From contig JAAOMT010000226.1 in assembly GCA_016748015.1 (NCBI GenBank), positions 974,604 through 1,038,603 of the forward strand: 64,000 nt of DNA, in the 5' to 3' direction. A program made the translations under genes and the position numbers. The notes beneath the pieces were generated by a model. It ran no database searches. It saw only the letters and a program-made list of their open reading frames with translations, and was not told where the DNA came from. The DNA comes from Geosiphon pyriformis uo1 (taxonomy: Eukaryota > Fungi > Glomeromycota). How positions within the stretch are numbered: position 1 is the stretch's first letter; every line of letters begins with the position of its first letter. Positions 1 to 12,593 of this stretch are shown in pieces.

Positions 1-624
1 ATTTCATCAATGGAAGAAGAATTTTCTACGCATTTTGTTAACATATTTTTGCAATATAGATGAGTCAAATAGAAAGAAAATTCAATGCAAAATTTAATTG
101 CATATCATTGTAAACTAATTCGAAGTTTAACATTTTGACAACAATAAGATAATATCCCTACATTAAACAATACATTAAAAGATACATGAAAAATTAATAC
201 ATCACGCGTTCACACTCCTTTGAACCTAGAATGGACATACCAAAACAATACATTATAATTTTTCGATATGATTGAAAGTGTGATAGGAATCTTTGGAAAT
301 TTACATTCTAATGCAACTGACTACATTTAAAAAAAAAATTTGAAAAACCTTAAAGTTTCTGGTAGCCAGCTGAACAAAAACTGTATTGTTTTTCATGTAT
401 AGATGCACGAAGGGATTTGACACCTAGAAATAGCATCAAAATACTTGACTAAAATGTATAAAATGATTTGCTCCTCGGGGCATTTCAAAAAAATCAGAAA
501 TCCAAAACACAAAGTTAATACAAGTGTATTTGAGATACTAATCACCCAGTTCACAAGCATACTACTGTTAAAGAACCAATTAAAAACTTTTTTTTTTCCA
601 AAAAAATTTTTAAATTTCAACAAG

Positions 625-1833
625 ATGTCTCTTGCAGCAATAAATACTCCTATTCAAAGCTCCTTTAATTCCCAGAAATCACCTTCTAGTACAAAAATCT
701 TAAAGCCCAAACCAAGTAAGGTTCACAAAAAACGTGATTCAGGTTTCAGTGAAGAAATCACTCTAGGCTTGAATCCTGAAGCTCAAACTTTTAGTGGTAA
801 TTTGAAAGAGATCTCCTACTCTTCAAATCTCACCTTGACTGCAATTGGCAATGGTACTACTTTTAAAAATCGTCAAGAACTTCTCAATCGTGCTAAAACT
901 CCATGGGAAATTGCTCCTCTTCATATCGCGTTGAAATGGAAAGGTTTTTCACCAGAAGCACAATTCCGTAAACTTAAACCAACCAAAAAGGATTTCGCTA
1001 CTCCCTTAAAAAAATGGTTGAAGCCTAAAGATTGCAAATCAGTGGCCGTTTTACCCAAAGAATCCAAACCTAATCATATTATTGAAGCAAAAGAAACCAT
1101 AAAAGTTGATGTTATTCAAACTCCAATCCTTAATTTCATCTTCCAAGAGGTTGCGCCCAAAGATCTTGAGGTTCAAGATGAAATTAATCTGCGAAATTTA
1201 TATATTGAAAAAATAGTTCAAATTAATTGTGAAAACCTTTACCTTCGAACAAAGAAAAGAGTCTTGAAAACCAAGGCGTTTACAAAATCCAATTCTCGAA
1301 AGAAATCGGTCTCTAGTAATGAAAAATTGATTAGAGGAAAACCTGATTTTGAACATGAAGAGTAAGTTTTAATTCAATTAACAATTTTTTTTAAATTATG
1401 ACTATAAAATGAACCAATTATTATTTTTTTTAATTAGACGAGAAGGATGGAAAAAGATCAAGGCCTTTAAGGATGCAATTAACAAAACTACAGCCTCAAC
1501 TTCAAGAATCCTCGATGATATCGATTTTTATTTAGAAGAGTAAGCAATTAGTTTGATTAGTCAAACTTGTACTTTTTTTGAAATTGAAACCAAATATGCT
1601 AACTTTTTTTAAAACTTGAAACTAGAACACGAGGTTGGGACAAAATTGATGAATTTTATGCAAATTCATCCAAAATTTTTCAGGAATCCTTTGAATATCA
1701 ACCTGAACCTACTGAGAAATCTCCGAAAGTCTCCAAAACTTCAATTTTGAAAATAATTGCCTATTCCTCTTTTTTGATAGGTTCTTATTTTTTTGTTCAA
1801 GCACTTCAACCAGCCATTTTCTCTCTTTCTTAG
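625..1833 (+). CDS. Hypothetical 3-exon protein (exons 625-1361, 1438-1539, 1626-1833), basic N-terminal half, C-terminal hydrophobic tail
   Basis: ATG at 625 within the long ORF. GTAAGT and GTAAGC donors and TAG acceptors join in frame (phase 2 twice) to TAG at 1831-1833. Ends in ILKIIAYSSFLIGSYFFVQAL. No recognised domain. Confidence 0.7.
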
Positions 1834-2324
1834 TTACCTCTTAAACGTAAAAAAAAATTACTTTTCCTTTTCCTTTTCCTTTTCCAAGTGTTTTGAAACA
1901 CCTTTATGCCAATTTCAAGTCAACCTTACCCATTTGACTCGTCTAAACAAAAATATCCTTAAATCACATAAGCTCTGTATTTTTCCATTGAAAATGTCTA
2001 ATTAATAACCTTTCTACCACAAACTTTCAAACATGCCTTCCTTGTAAATTTAAAATAATACTTTATATATTAAACTAAGTTTCCTCTCATACCTACAAGC
2101 TTAATCTATAATCTCGAATTACGTGATTTCATTGTAAATTGTGTAAATAATATTTCAAAAGAATTTTTTCATAATATAATTTTATTTTTGAATAAAATTT
2201 ATTTGGGCCAAAATATTTGCAAAAAACTAAATAATAATGATACTGCAAAAAAAAATTTCAAAAAGACTTGAAAAAATGAATAAAGAAATTCTACGTTAGA
2301 AATTAATTTTAAATTCCCAAAATT

Positions 2325-2801
2325 TCAAAGCTTCCCATCAATTATTTCAAAACTTTTGAATTTTAGAGCGACTAATGGGTAAAAACAATCCCTTCCATCT
2401 AATACTTTTTCAATCGTTTCCAAACTCAAAGTTTTTGAGAAACCAGTACCCAAACTTAAGACTTTATCATAACCCGTAAACCCACTTATCCAACTACTAA
2501 TTCCAATATTTTGGTTTGCTGCTGTCAACGATACAATCTTGAGCGTATTGGTTGGTAGTTTGAAATTTTGGTTTTGAGTGCACTCTTACTTCCTCTTGGA
2601 AAAAGAGTTCGTATTAACGTTGTTAACTGGTAGAAATGAATTAACATTATCACATCGTTTCTCAATTATTTGTGGCAGTGGTGTTAATGGGATGTAAAGC
2701 GTTTCAATGATTGGTATAGCTTGTATAGAAACCAAAAAAATTGATAGTGCTAAAATTGTAGCAGCTGAAAAAGTGGTAAATGAAATAGAATTGAATTTCA
2801 T
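2325..2801 (-). CDS. Small secreted protein or peptide precursor; 3' structure ambiguous (TAA at 2586-2588)
   Basis: Signal peptide MKFNSISFTTFSAATILALSIFLVSIQA and KR dibasic sites. The same frame stays open after the TAA down to 2325. The TAA overlaps a GTAAGA donor. Confidence 0.5.
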
Positions 2802-3761
2802 CTTTTCAAAAAAATTATATATATATATATATATATATTATTTAGTTTGGTTTTAATTTTTGAAAAAATTTTACAGTTTTGTAAAATTGGCTGAAAGAAA
2901 ATAAATAAATAATACCAAAGATTAAATGTCTTTTGATACTTTTATATAAAAATTTCAGAATATTTTGAATATATTTTTCCATTATTTTAAAAAAGAACCG
3001 ATCTAATAAAATTAAGAATTTCGGATGGGTTTTAAATTTTTCCACACCATCTTTAATCAAAAAGGGGGGATGGTTAATCCTTTTTTTTTCTGGAATCCAA
3101 GATAGTTGAAAGGGTAACGGGAAAAACATTAATTTCATGATATTCCAGGTGAATAAAAATAAAGATTATTCAGAAATTTTATTTCAGAATAATATGTTTT
3201 AAATAATCCAATAATGCCAAGCTCAAATTGCTTCTTTGAGAAAGCGAACCTCTTTGTCGGATACGATAAAAAGTTTTAATATATCGGATATTTGCAGATT
3301 CCGTTTATCGTTCATTGATTATATATTCAGGAATCGGTATTATTTTGATATTTTTTTACTGTTTTTGATAGAGAAAAAGTATATATACTATTTTTAATGT
3401 AAAATATTTAATAAAATAAAATGTCCGTTATACTACCAAAACCAAAATACCACAAACATGAGATTATGAATAGTATTTTCATTTTCTTTTGCTCTACATT
3501 TTTTTAATTACCTAATATATTAAAAATAAGATGACAAATTTAAAGTATAAAATTTAATAATGTTTGAAAGAATATATTTTCTTTTGTGTTTAAAAGTTCC
3601 AAAAAATTTTATTATTATTAACATGTTTACTGTTAAATTTTCAATTCAAAATTTTTTTAATAAATAATTTTTTATTTTTAAATGTTTCTTAACATTTTTA
3701 GCTTCATCAAAAATGGTTTTGATTTTGAACAAATAAAATTAAGAATTGCCAAAGACATTAC

Positions 3762-3792
<31 letters not shown>

Positions 3793-3976
3793 TTATTGTT
3801 GTTTTTTTTTAAAAAAATTGAACAATAAAGTGTAAATATCAATTATAATATACTATAAATCTTGGTCATTTTTCCGGTCAAAAATTTCAATTCTTTTTAA
3901 AATCAAAAGATTATATATATTTTTTTAATAAATACTATAATTTAATAATCAAATACAAAAAAAATTTAATTGGTTA

Positions 3977-4039
3977 AAAGCATAAAGCATAAAGCTTAAA
4001 GTATAAAGTATAAAGTAAAAAGTATAAAGTATAAAGCAT

Positions 4040-4085
<46 letters not shown>

Positions 4086-4126
4086 CATAAAGTATAAAGT
4101 ATACAGTATAAAGCATAAAGTATAAA
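3977..4126. repeat. Heptamer tandem repeat (TATAAAG/CATAAAG)n
   Basis: About 20 near-perfect units visible directly. Confidence 0.95.
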
Positions 4127-4457
4127 AATTATATATTTTTCTAAAAAATTAATATTAATCTTAATTTTAACATCAATAATTAAAATTATTATGAATTGAA
4201 TATATATTTGAAATTAGATTTTAAAAAAAAATATATAAATATATATATATATTTATTTATCCATATATATATGAATTAAAACTTTTTATTCTGAATTTTG
4301 AAAAAAAAAGCATTGAAAACAAAGTTAATTTAAAAATTTATCTTTATTTTTTATTATTGATAAAATGCATACAAATTTTTTTAAATTTCCAGATTGTGAG
4401 TGAGTATAAACTATTAGAACTATTGTAATTAGTTGATTAATATATTCCATATTTCAC

Positions 4458-4494
<37 letters not shown>

Positions 4495-4746
4495 TTATAA
4501 TGAAGTTGTTTATTATTTTTAGATTTCATGAGAGCGTTTGTCGAATATCAACGAAATTGTTAGAGAAAGATTTGGTATGGTTCATCTTGATTGAAATTGT
4601 TCTTAAAGTTTAACATCTTTAAGATTTGTCTAAATATGATATAGATTGAAATAATTAAGTGTTAAAAATTAATTTAAAACATGTGATTATATTTTATGAT
4701 AATTTCTTACCTTCAGGCAAATAGACTAATTCTTTTAAAAAGTAAA

Positions 4747-4797
<51 letters not shown>

Positions 4798-4844
4798 TAT
4801 AAATTAAAGGATTAATCAATTGAAAATCTTTTATTATTTATAAA

Positions 4845-6010
4845 TTAAGTAAACAAACCTGTGGAAAAATTAACCTTTTGAGCAGTTAAAAGACGACTTG
4901 TATAAATTGCTCCTGGATGAATGCTCGTTATCACTCTTGAAATTTTTGTTGTCATTAAATCATTTTTTATCGAGTCGTTCTTTTCAATTTCTTTTACGTA
5001 TTTCTCCGATTTTAAAAACTGTTCCATTTCAGGAATTTCAGGTTTAGACACTTTACCTATAAAAATTTCATCTTTAGTCTCCCGGTTAAACCCTAGATAC
5101 ATCTCCCGAAGGTCCCACAACGTCTTTCTAACTTCCTTGGCCGTAGGACGATTCTCAGGATTAGCGTACCAACACTTTTCAATTGTTTCAGCAATACAAG
5201 GTGGAATAAGGGGGAAAGTAATTTCAGGTCTTTTACCATTTAAAATATCCATTATAAGGTGGTCATGAGGAAGATCATAAAATGGAGGGTTTCCTGTCGC
5301 CAATTCCCATAATGACATGGCAAAACTATAAATATCTCCACTTTCTGTAAATTTTTCTCCTCTTAAAACTTCTGGTGGAATGTATGGAATCACTCCATAT
5401 ATCTTTTTCTCTTTTGTTGCTACTGTTGTTACTGTTGTTACTTCATTGATTGTAGGTTGACATAATCCGAGGTCTCCAATACTTACACACATAGAGCTAT
5501 ATTGTAGAATGTTGCCAGAGTGTAGGTCACAATGAATCATACCAGAAGAATGAATTGATTCAAGTCCCAGGGCTATATTCCAGGCGCATAATAATTTACT
5601 AGACCAATTTGTAGGATGAAAATTTGTTGATAAATATTTTCGCATGTCTCCATACAAGGCAAACTCCATCACAACTCCGTACTCGAGTGTTTCAGTGTTT
5701 TGCGTAATCCTATAGATGAAAGTTATATTAGCTACGTGGCTACGGTTATTAATAAACATAGCTGTTTGAATATTGAACTGTCAACAGTAAATAAATAAGA
5801 ATTAATAAATAGTAAATAAATAAGAATTAATAAATAATAATAATAATAATAATAATAATTAATAAATAAGAATTAATAAATAGTAAATAAATAATAATTA
5901 ATAAATAATAATAATAATAATAATAATTAATAAATAAGAATTAATAAATAGTAAATAAATAATAATTAATAAATAAGAATTAATAAATAGTAAATAAATA
6001 AGAATTAATA

Positions 6011-6046
<36 letters not shown>

Positions 6047-6477
6047 TTTATTACCTCTTTATACACTTCTTCACTGTTCTTTATAATTTTTATTACTACT
6101 TCCTTTTTTTCCATTCTTTTATATTCCATTTTACCATGATGGTTTATACTACTTAAATCAATTAATCCATCAATTAAGGTTGCTTTATAAATTATACCGA
6201 AGCCTCATCTAGCAATTTCGTTGATATTCGACAAACTCTCCCATGGAATCCATTCATAATAATTCAAATCACCATAATATTTATTATTCTCATCAGATGG
6301 AGCATAGGTTGGATTCTTAATTATTTTATCAACTACTTGATTGCCACTTGAAAAGTCGTGATAAAATTTTTCAAAAAATATAAACCAGCATCCTCTACAA
6401 TAATTATTTTGTTCGTTTTGAATACTCTCTTGACAGAAAGAACACAGGTTGCAATCATGAATTTCAACGTTTTCCAT
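4845..6477 (-). pseudogene. Tyrosine-kinase-like protein kinase with a nonsense codon in the Gly loop (exons 6477-6055 and 5777-4845; intron 6054-5778)
   Basis: YEWIPWESLSNINEIAR*GFGIIYKA, VVIK, VMEFALYGDMRKYL, IHCDLHSGNIL, DLGL, YGVIPYIPPE, GDIYSF. In-frame TGA at 6205-6207 where a Gly is expected. Confidence 0.85.
5787..6046. repeat. Intronic compound minisatellite (AATAAATAAGAATT/AATAAATAGTA units with (AAT)n)
   Basis: Repeated units fill nearly the whole kinase intron. Confidence 0.9.
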
Positions 6478-7326
6478 GACGTGAATAAATGGTAAAGGAT
6501 AAAGGATAAAGGGTAAAGGATAAAGGGTAAAGGGTAAGTGAGATAAAATGTGAATATGTGATTAAGAGAATGTTGATAACATAGAGGTTATTTTTGAAAA
6601 ACTTTATTTGATAGTAATTTTTTTAAAGGCGGAGTATTTATTTATATTGGTTCTCAATGTTCACAGTAAAATTTACCACTTTTTTTAACCTTAATAAATA
6701 TCGTTATTGCAAATCATACTAAAATTGATTAATATATGAATAAATTTTAAGTGACTATAATACAAAAAGAGCCAAAAAGTTTTCCCCCATTGTCTCATTG
6801 TTTAATAGAAAAACCGTAATAAAAAGATTTAGGGTTCTTGTGATAGATAAAAAATATTGTATACCTAAAATTCTTTTGTACACCAAAAACAGAAAAAGGG
6901 GCTTTTAAAAAAAAAAAAAATTTTTTTTCCTTAACTCTCACAACTAACTCAGGCATAACATAACTGCACATTAAGTTTAAAATTAGATTTTTTCAAAGAG
7001 GTTTTGACCCAAAAATAGATTTAAATTTAATCATCTACATGTATTAATTTTTCATAGACTGATTCTTTATGAATTACTATTACTCAGCATGATGATTACT
7101 TTAAAAATGTTTGTTAATTAACTTTTTGTATTTTTTCTATAACTAATTAGGATAAAGAGTATGGTTTACTTTTTTATATTTATTATTCATTTCAGCCATC
7201 AATATCGTTATTAAAAATAAAATTCGATGACTACTATTTTTAATTTAAAAGGTTTAAGTAATTGATTTCCTTTAGAAAATATTTTGAATAAAAAGTAATT
7301 TCATTAAGATAATAAATTTTTCTATT

Positions 7327-7328
7327 GA

Positions 7329-7407
<79 letters not shown>

Positions 7408-7419
7408 GAAAGAAAGAAA
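7327..7419. repeat. (GAAA)n microsatellite
   Basis: Directly visible. Confidence 0.98.
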
Positions 7420-8061
7420 TAAAATCTTTATTAAAAGAATATTAAAAAGAAAATTCGAAATTTAATAATAATTCACTTTCAAATCTTGAAAAGAGAATAA
7501 AAAAATTATTTGTCAATTTCTTTGCTCTTTTAGAGATATTCCCTATTTCTATTTGAAATAAAATTTCATTATCTAATCAAAAAATTCCCTTTTAACTAAA
7601 ATAATCAATGAAAAACATTTTTTCAAATCGATTTTTTACTGGAAATTAAGAGATTCCTTCAGAACCCCAATTTAATTTGAACTAAAATTAGGACTAATTG
7701 CAACCAATAAAAACTTAATCATTATCAGGAATGTTCTATAGAGAACAGTAATCAAAAAATCTTTTAACCAATTTCACTCTTATTTCCTTTGCCATATGAC
7801 CATTTAACTCTAGATTCAATTCGAGGCTATTATTAATCTTTGCATAGTGTAACAAGTTTTATCAAGAGAGAGAGAGACTAAAATTATTTTTTTTCACAAA
7901 AAGGCAATTCACTTCAAGATTTGAAATGCAATTAAAATTCATTCTATTGGTGAAAACATTGAAAATTTTATAAATAGAACGAGGAAATCTAATGTAGAAA
8001 GAAAGTTACTGATTGAATTGTATTCCCATCAAAAGATGAAAAGTTGGTTTTTGATTTAAAA

Positions 8062-8097
<36 letters not shown>

Positions 8098-8141
8098 TCT
8101 TTTTTAAACTGTTCACAATCATTTTTGTATCAAAAGCAAAA

Positions 8142-9170
8142 ATGGTTCATGTTAGATATCTCAGTAAATTAGAACTAGTAACTCGGGTTTTCATAATTAC
8201 TTTGTTAATTGCTATCGTGGTCACATGTGTCACTCAGAACGCAATAAGAAAAGTAAACGGGGCACCATTATTGAAATTTACCACACTGGACTCTACAATC
8301 ACTATAGCACCGACGTTACAATTTTGCCTTCAAAATTTAAATCTTCAAGGTATTGGTCGACTGAAAATGGACTCATTCTTGGGTGCCCCAGGACAAAATA
8401 TTTCTTCTCTGAATCAATATATCACTTATTATTGGGATGAGAATGAAAATGAAATGTGCGCTGTATTTCGTGGTGATCAGTATCCGGCTTATAGATCGGA
8501 TCAGGCTCCATCATTTGGGTTTTCATTAGTTTCAACTACAACTAATAACTTGTATACTTACTCTAACGCAATAATTGAAGTTACTTGCTTCGAAGCTGGT
8601 GAATCAGTGATACAACATAATATTACTAGTAACATATTTCAAGTTCCGTTTGGATACCAATACGTTTTACAATACGTAGAAAGTCGAACATTCGAAATTG
8701 GAGCTTCCACATCAATTCGTCAATTCACATTTGACCCATTTCTACCACTTGGTCAAGCAAATGAAAATAGTACCATATTTTATTTTCGACAAAGAGGGAC
8801 TGACGTGGATCAGCGTATGGAACAAACCTCGTTCACATTCTGGGATTTCGTCACTGGTCTCAGTGGATTAATTTCATTCTTGATGGTTGTTTATGTTATG
8901 TTATTTGGTAATTTTCGAATTGATCCTTGGGGTGCTGCTACTCGATTCATATTGTATCGACAACAAAGTAAATTTTATAAGAAAACTTCAAAGGAAGAAA
9001 ATCAGGTAGAGATACCATTCTTGAACATTAATGAAGATACACACGGTACTGAGTATAAGACCATAGAACAAGAAGTAAAAGCTTTAAGGGAAAGATTGAT
9101 GGCATTGGAAAATGTACTTTCTAATTACGTTATAAAGACAGATGTTGTCAATACAATGTATAATGTATAA
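8142..9170 (+). CDS. Intronless two-TM membrane protein with a large extracellular loop (ENaC/ASIC/PAC-like topology)
   Basis: 342-aa ORF. TM1 VFIITLLIAIVVTCVT, post-TM1 APTLQFC, beta-rich loop with N-glycosylation sequons, TM2 FWDFVTGLSGLISFLMVVYVMLFG followed by IDPWG, C-terminal coiled coil. Confidence 0.85.
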   Translation: MVHVRYLSKLELVTRVFIITLLIAIVVTCVTQNAIRKVNGAPLLKFTTLDSTITIAPTLQFCLQNLNLQGIGRLKMDSFLGAPGQNISSLNQYITYYWDENENEMCAVFRGDQYPAYRSDQAPSFGFSLVSTTTNNLYTYSNAIIEVTCFEAGESVIQHNITSNIFQVPFGYQYVLQYVESRTFEIGASTSIRQFTFDPFLPLGQANENSTIFYFRQRGTDVDQRMEQTSFTFWDFVTGLSGLISFLMVVYVMLFGNFRIDPWGAATRFILYRQQSKFYKKTSKEENQVEIPFLNINEDTHGTEYKTIEQEVKALRERLMALENVLSNYVIKTDVVNTMYNV

Positions 9171-11045
9171 TTTATAATTTATAATTTATAATTTATAATT
9201 TTTTGAAAAAGACATTTTTGACGATTATAAATTAGAAAAATAATTATATATATATTAAATAGTTATATTAAATTGTAAATATTCATGAATAAATAAATTT
9301 TAATAAAACTAGTAATTCACAAGTTAAAAATATAGGTATTCATAATTTCAGAATTGTAGAGGTTGAGTTTTTTACGTCATCAATGAAAAATTTTCTAAAA
9401 TTTTTTATTTTAGTATCAAACTAATTTCAATACTCCCCTATTAACTTCTGTTTAACTCGAGTAATTAAGTGAAGGTACATAATGATTAATTAAACCATGA
9501 ATATAATTAATCAATTTATTATTATTATTATTATTTATTTTTTCCAAGATCAAATGGTCAATTCTTTAGATAAGTTATCATAAACGTTTATATACATACA
9601 TACAATTTTCTTCTTATTTGGAAATTTCGATCAAATTAAATTTATTTATTTTTTTAATAATTTTTGATGGGTTATTATAAAAAATGTTATAGTTTAACTT
9701 GTCCTATTACTAATTTTCCCCATAATATTCTATTCTTTAAAATTATTCTATTCGTCAGAAAAATATTGTACCTTATGTTTTAAACTTTCAAAAAATTTTC
9801 TTTTTTTTAAAACTTTTAATTTTAATAATAGTAAATATTTGATTTAATTTTGAAACGTAAATATTAAATATTTGATATTTAAACTGGAGCTCTAAACTTC
9901 TAAACAGTTTTTAATGTTTGATCAATGTTTAATTTAGAAAATTTTAGGGATTTAGAAAAAAGATTTCAAAAATTTAATATTTTAAACGTAAAAATTCAAT
10001 TTTTTATAATATATTAATAAAAATTTACAATTATAATTATAGGATCAATAAAAATAAAAAATTTGTAAAAAATAGTAAAAAATTTAAAAGATTCTTGTTC
10101 CACCTAATTATATTTTTTATTTACAAAAAATAAAGATTTCCTGGTCATTATCAAAGATAAACAATTTTCTAGAATTTTTTATTTATTTTTTTCTCATATT
10201 TCTCTCTTTTCAAAAAAAAATATATATATATGAACAAGAATAATTATGAATTATAATTTTAATACAATGATCCGTGAAATTGATTATGCAATACATAAAA
10301 GATAATGTCACGGAATTTTGATATTTGTGTGTGTCAGAATTTTTGTTAACATTCTTCCGAGACCCCCCCCCATCCCCATCCCCATCCCCATCCCCATTCC
10401 CATGTAATGTTACATTATTTTTGTCGATCTCATAATGGCAAAAACTTTGATATCTCAGTTCCTTTAACCACCACCACCACCAACACCACTACCATCATTA
10501 CCACCACTATCACTGTAGCGTGACATTGACACATTCCTTTCAATATACAAAACTTCAAAAAATAAAAATAAAAAAATCAATAAATATCAAAGAAAGGTGA
10601 TTGATCGCTAAAATTAATGATCACAAAATTTAATCCCAAATTTATTGATAAAATTGATAATTAAATTTGTCATTCATTACAAAAAAGTGATACTCATCAC
10701 GCTGTTTAAAAAAGATCTTTTTTTGGTAGTTATTAAACTTATTTTAATCATATCTTTGAAAATCAAATTTATTTTATCTCATTCTTGACAACTTTCGAAA
10801 GAAAGAAACCTTTTTTTTTTGGTAAATCTTTTTCTCTATCCTAAATTGAAATTATTTGACCACAATTAATTAAAAAATCTCCTATCAAATTTAACTTAAA
10901 AAAATTAAAATTGAAAGTCTTTACCGAATGATAAAAATATTGAAATTACTCCAAAGAAAAATAACATCAAAACAAATCACAACCTCTAGTTTATAATTGA
11001 AAACTTATTGGAATAACATTCATTAATTCAATCAATTCATTAATT

Positions 11046-11083
11046 CACTCACTCACTCACTCACTCATTTACTTACTCACTCA

Positions 11084-11129
<46 letters not shown>

Positions 11130-11130
11130 C
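11046..11130. repeat. Compound (ACTC)n/(ACTT)n microsatellite
   Basis: Directly visible. Confidence 0.95.
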
Positions 11131-11643
11131 ATTTATTTGATTCAAATTAAAAATTAATCTTATACTGGTGTTAATCACCTGCCAAGATTTTGTTCAATGA
11201 TGAGAATCTATCGCCATACCAATAACTTAACCCCGTTTATCCCGAATTGCTGCTCTCAGATAAACAAATTTTTTTTTTTATGAAACATTCGATCATTGAA
11301 TATTTGTTCTCACATTGTTGTTGCCCAATTTAATGCTAAAACTCGTGGTTGCCCCTCTTCATTTAATTCTCGCTGGATCTTTCCACCGACTTTGAATTTT
11401 TTTTATAAATAGTCTTTGAATTGAAGGTATTTTGGCTCATTCGTCATCAACGTTTACGTCTACTTACCAACCTATCCCTACTCTTCTCTATAATTTCTTG
11501 GCTGTGCCAGAAAAATTTTATAATATTTATCCTCCATTAACATTTCAAAATCTTATTTGCCTCTTTGTTCAAAAAAAAAATTTTCGTTTCCAATTTTCTA
11601 CTTATTTCACATTAAAAAAAAACTCGTTCACTCATTCTTAAAA

Positions 11644-12593
11644 ATGCGATCATTCTTATACACTACTCTGATAACTGCTCTTGCTTCAATAGTATCAGCT
11701 TATCCTAATGGTGCCCCAGTATGTGGTTCAGATCCAGCAGTCATCGGTGGTGTTGCTAACGCGCCCATGGGTCAGCCAGGCGACCAAGGTGTCACTTTCT
11801 CGTATAATTTTAAGAATGGTCAATATGAACCAGGGAAATCATACAAAATTACTGTATCAGCTAAACAAAAGTGGAAGGGTATTTTACTTTATGCATTGGA
11901 TGGTCAAAAAGATCATCCTGGACAGTTTACCTTGCCGACTGGGTTCAAATATGTAACCCCGCAAACTGGAAGTTGTCCCGGAGATCCAAAGGGAACCATT
12001 ACCCATTCAGGCAAGTTACATTTCCATCTCCATCTCCTTTTTCATTGTTATTCATTTCTTATTTTTTTTGTTGGCTAAGCATATGATAAGAAACTTTATC
12101 TAACCTACATTTCAAAATCACTTGCTTTTTAGACGCTAATCCAAAAGGACCAAGTGTTGATTTTACTTGGACAGCACCAGCCAAAGATGCTGGTCCAATT
12201 TCATTTGCCGGTACCGTTGTCACCGGCAAAGCGGCAGGATTCCAAGTTTTCAAAGACACCAAACTCTTCAATGCTGTCGGTGGTACAACCGCTAATGGAT
12301 CAAATTCCACATCTACTACTAATACTTCTACTACGGCTTCTGCCGCGAGTTCAAAAGACACTGATACTTCTACCACCTCGTCCAGTAAATCATCAAGCAC
12401 TGGAGGGGCAAAAGATGGAAAATCTAGTGCTACTTCTTCATCCGATTCATCTTCAGCGTCAACAACCGATGATTCCAATCCTAAATCCTCGTACGGCACT
12501 AGTGATTCCAATTCATTGTTACCTCAATGGTTAATGATTGTGCAATTGTTCATTGCTACTATCGGGGCTAAATTTATCTTCTCCAATTATTAA
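11644..12593 (+). CDS. Secreted/GPI-anchored Reeler-domain protein with Ser/Thr-rich stalk (exons 11644-12010, 12133-12593; GC-AG intron)
   Basis: Signal peptide, then YPNGAPVC, KGILLYA, GQF, TITHS|DANPK, FTWTAP, FAGTVV (Reeler motifs), S/T-rich linker and hydrophobic C-terminus. TAA at 12591-12593. Confidence 0.88.

Noticed and set aside
3977-4126. Heptamer array as telomeric repeat or TATA-box array
   Set aside because: It is not TTAGGG-like and is not positioned at a gene start; treated as a simple satellite.
12059-12534. ORFs 12059-12511 (-) and 12154-12534 (+)
   Set aside because: Antisense and off-frame shadows of Reeler exon 2.
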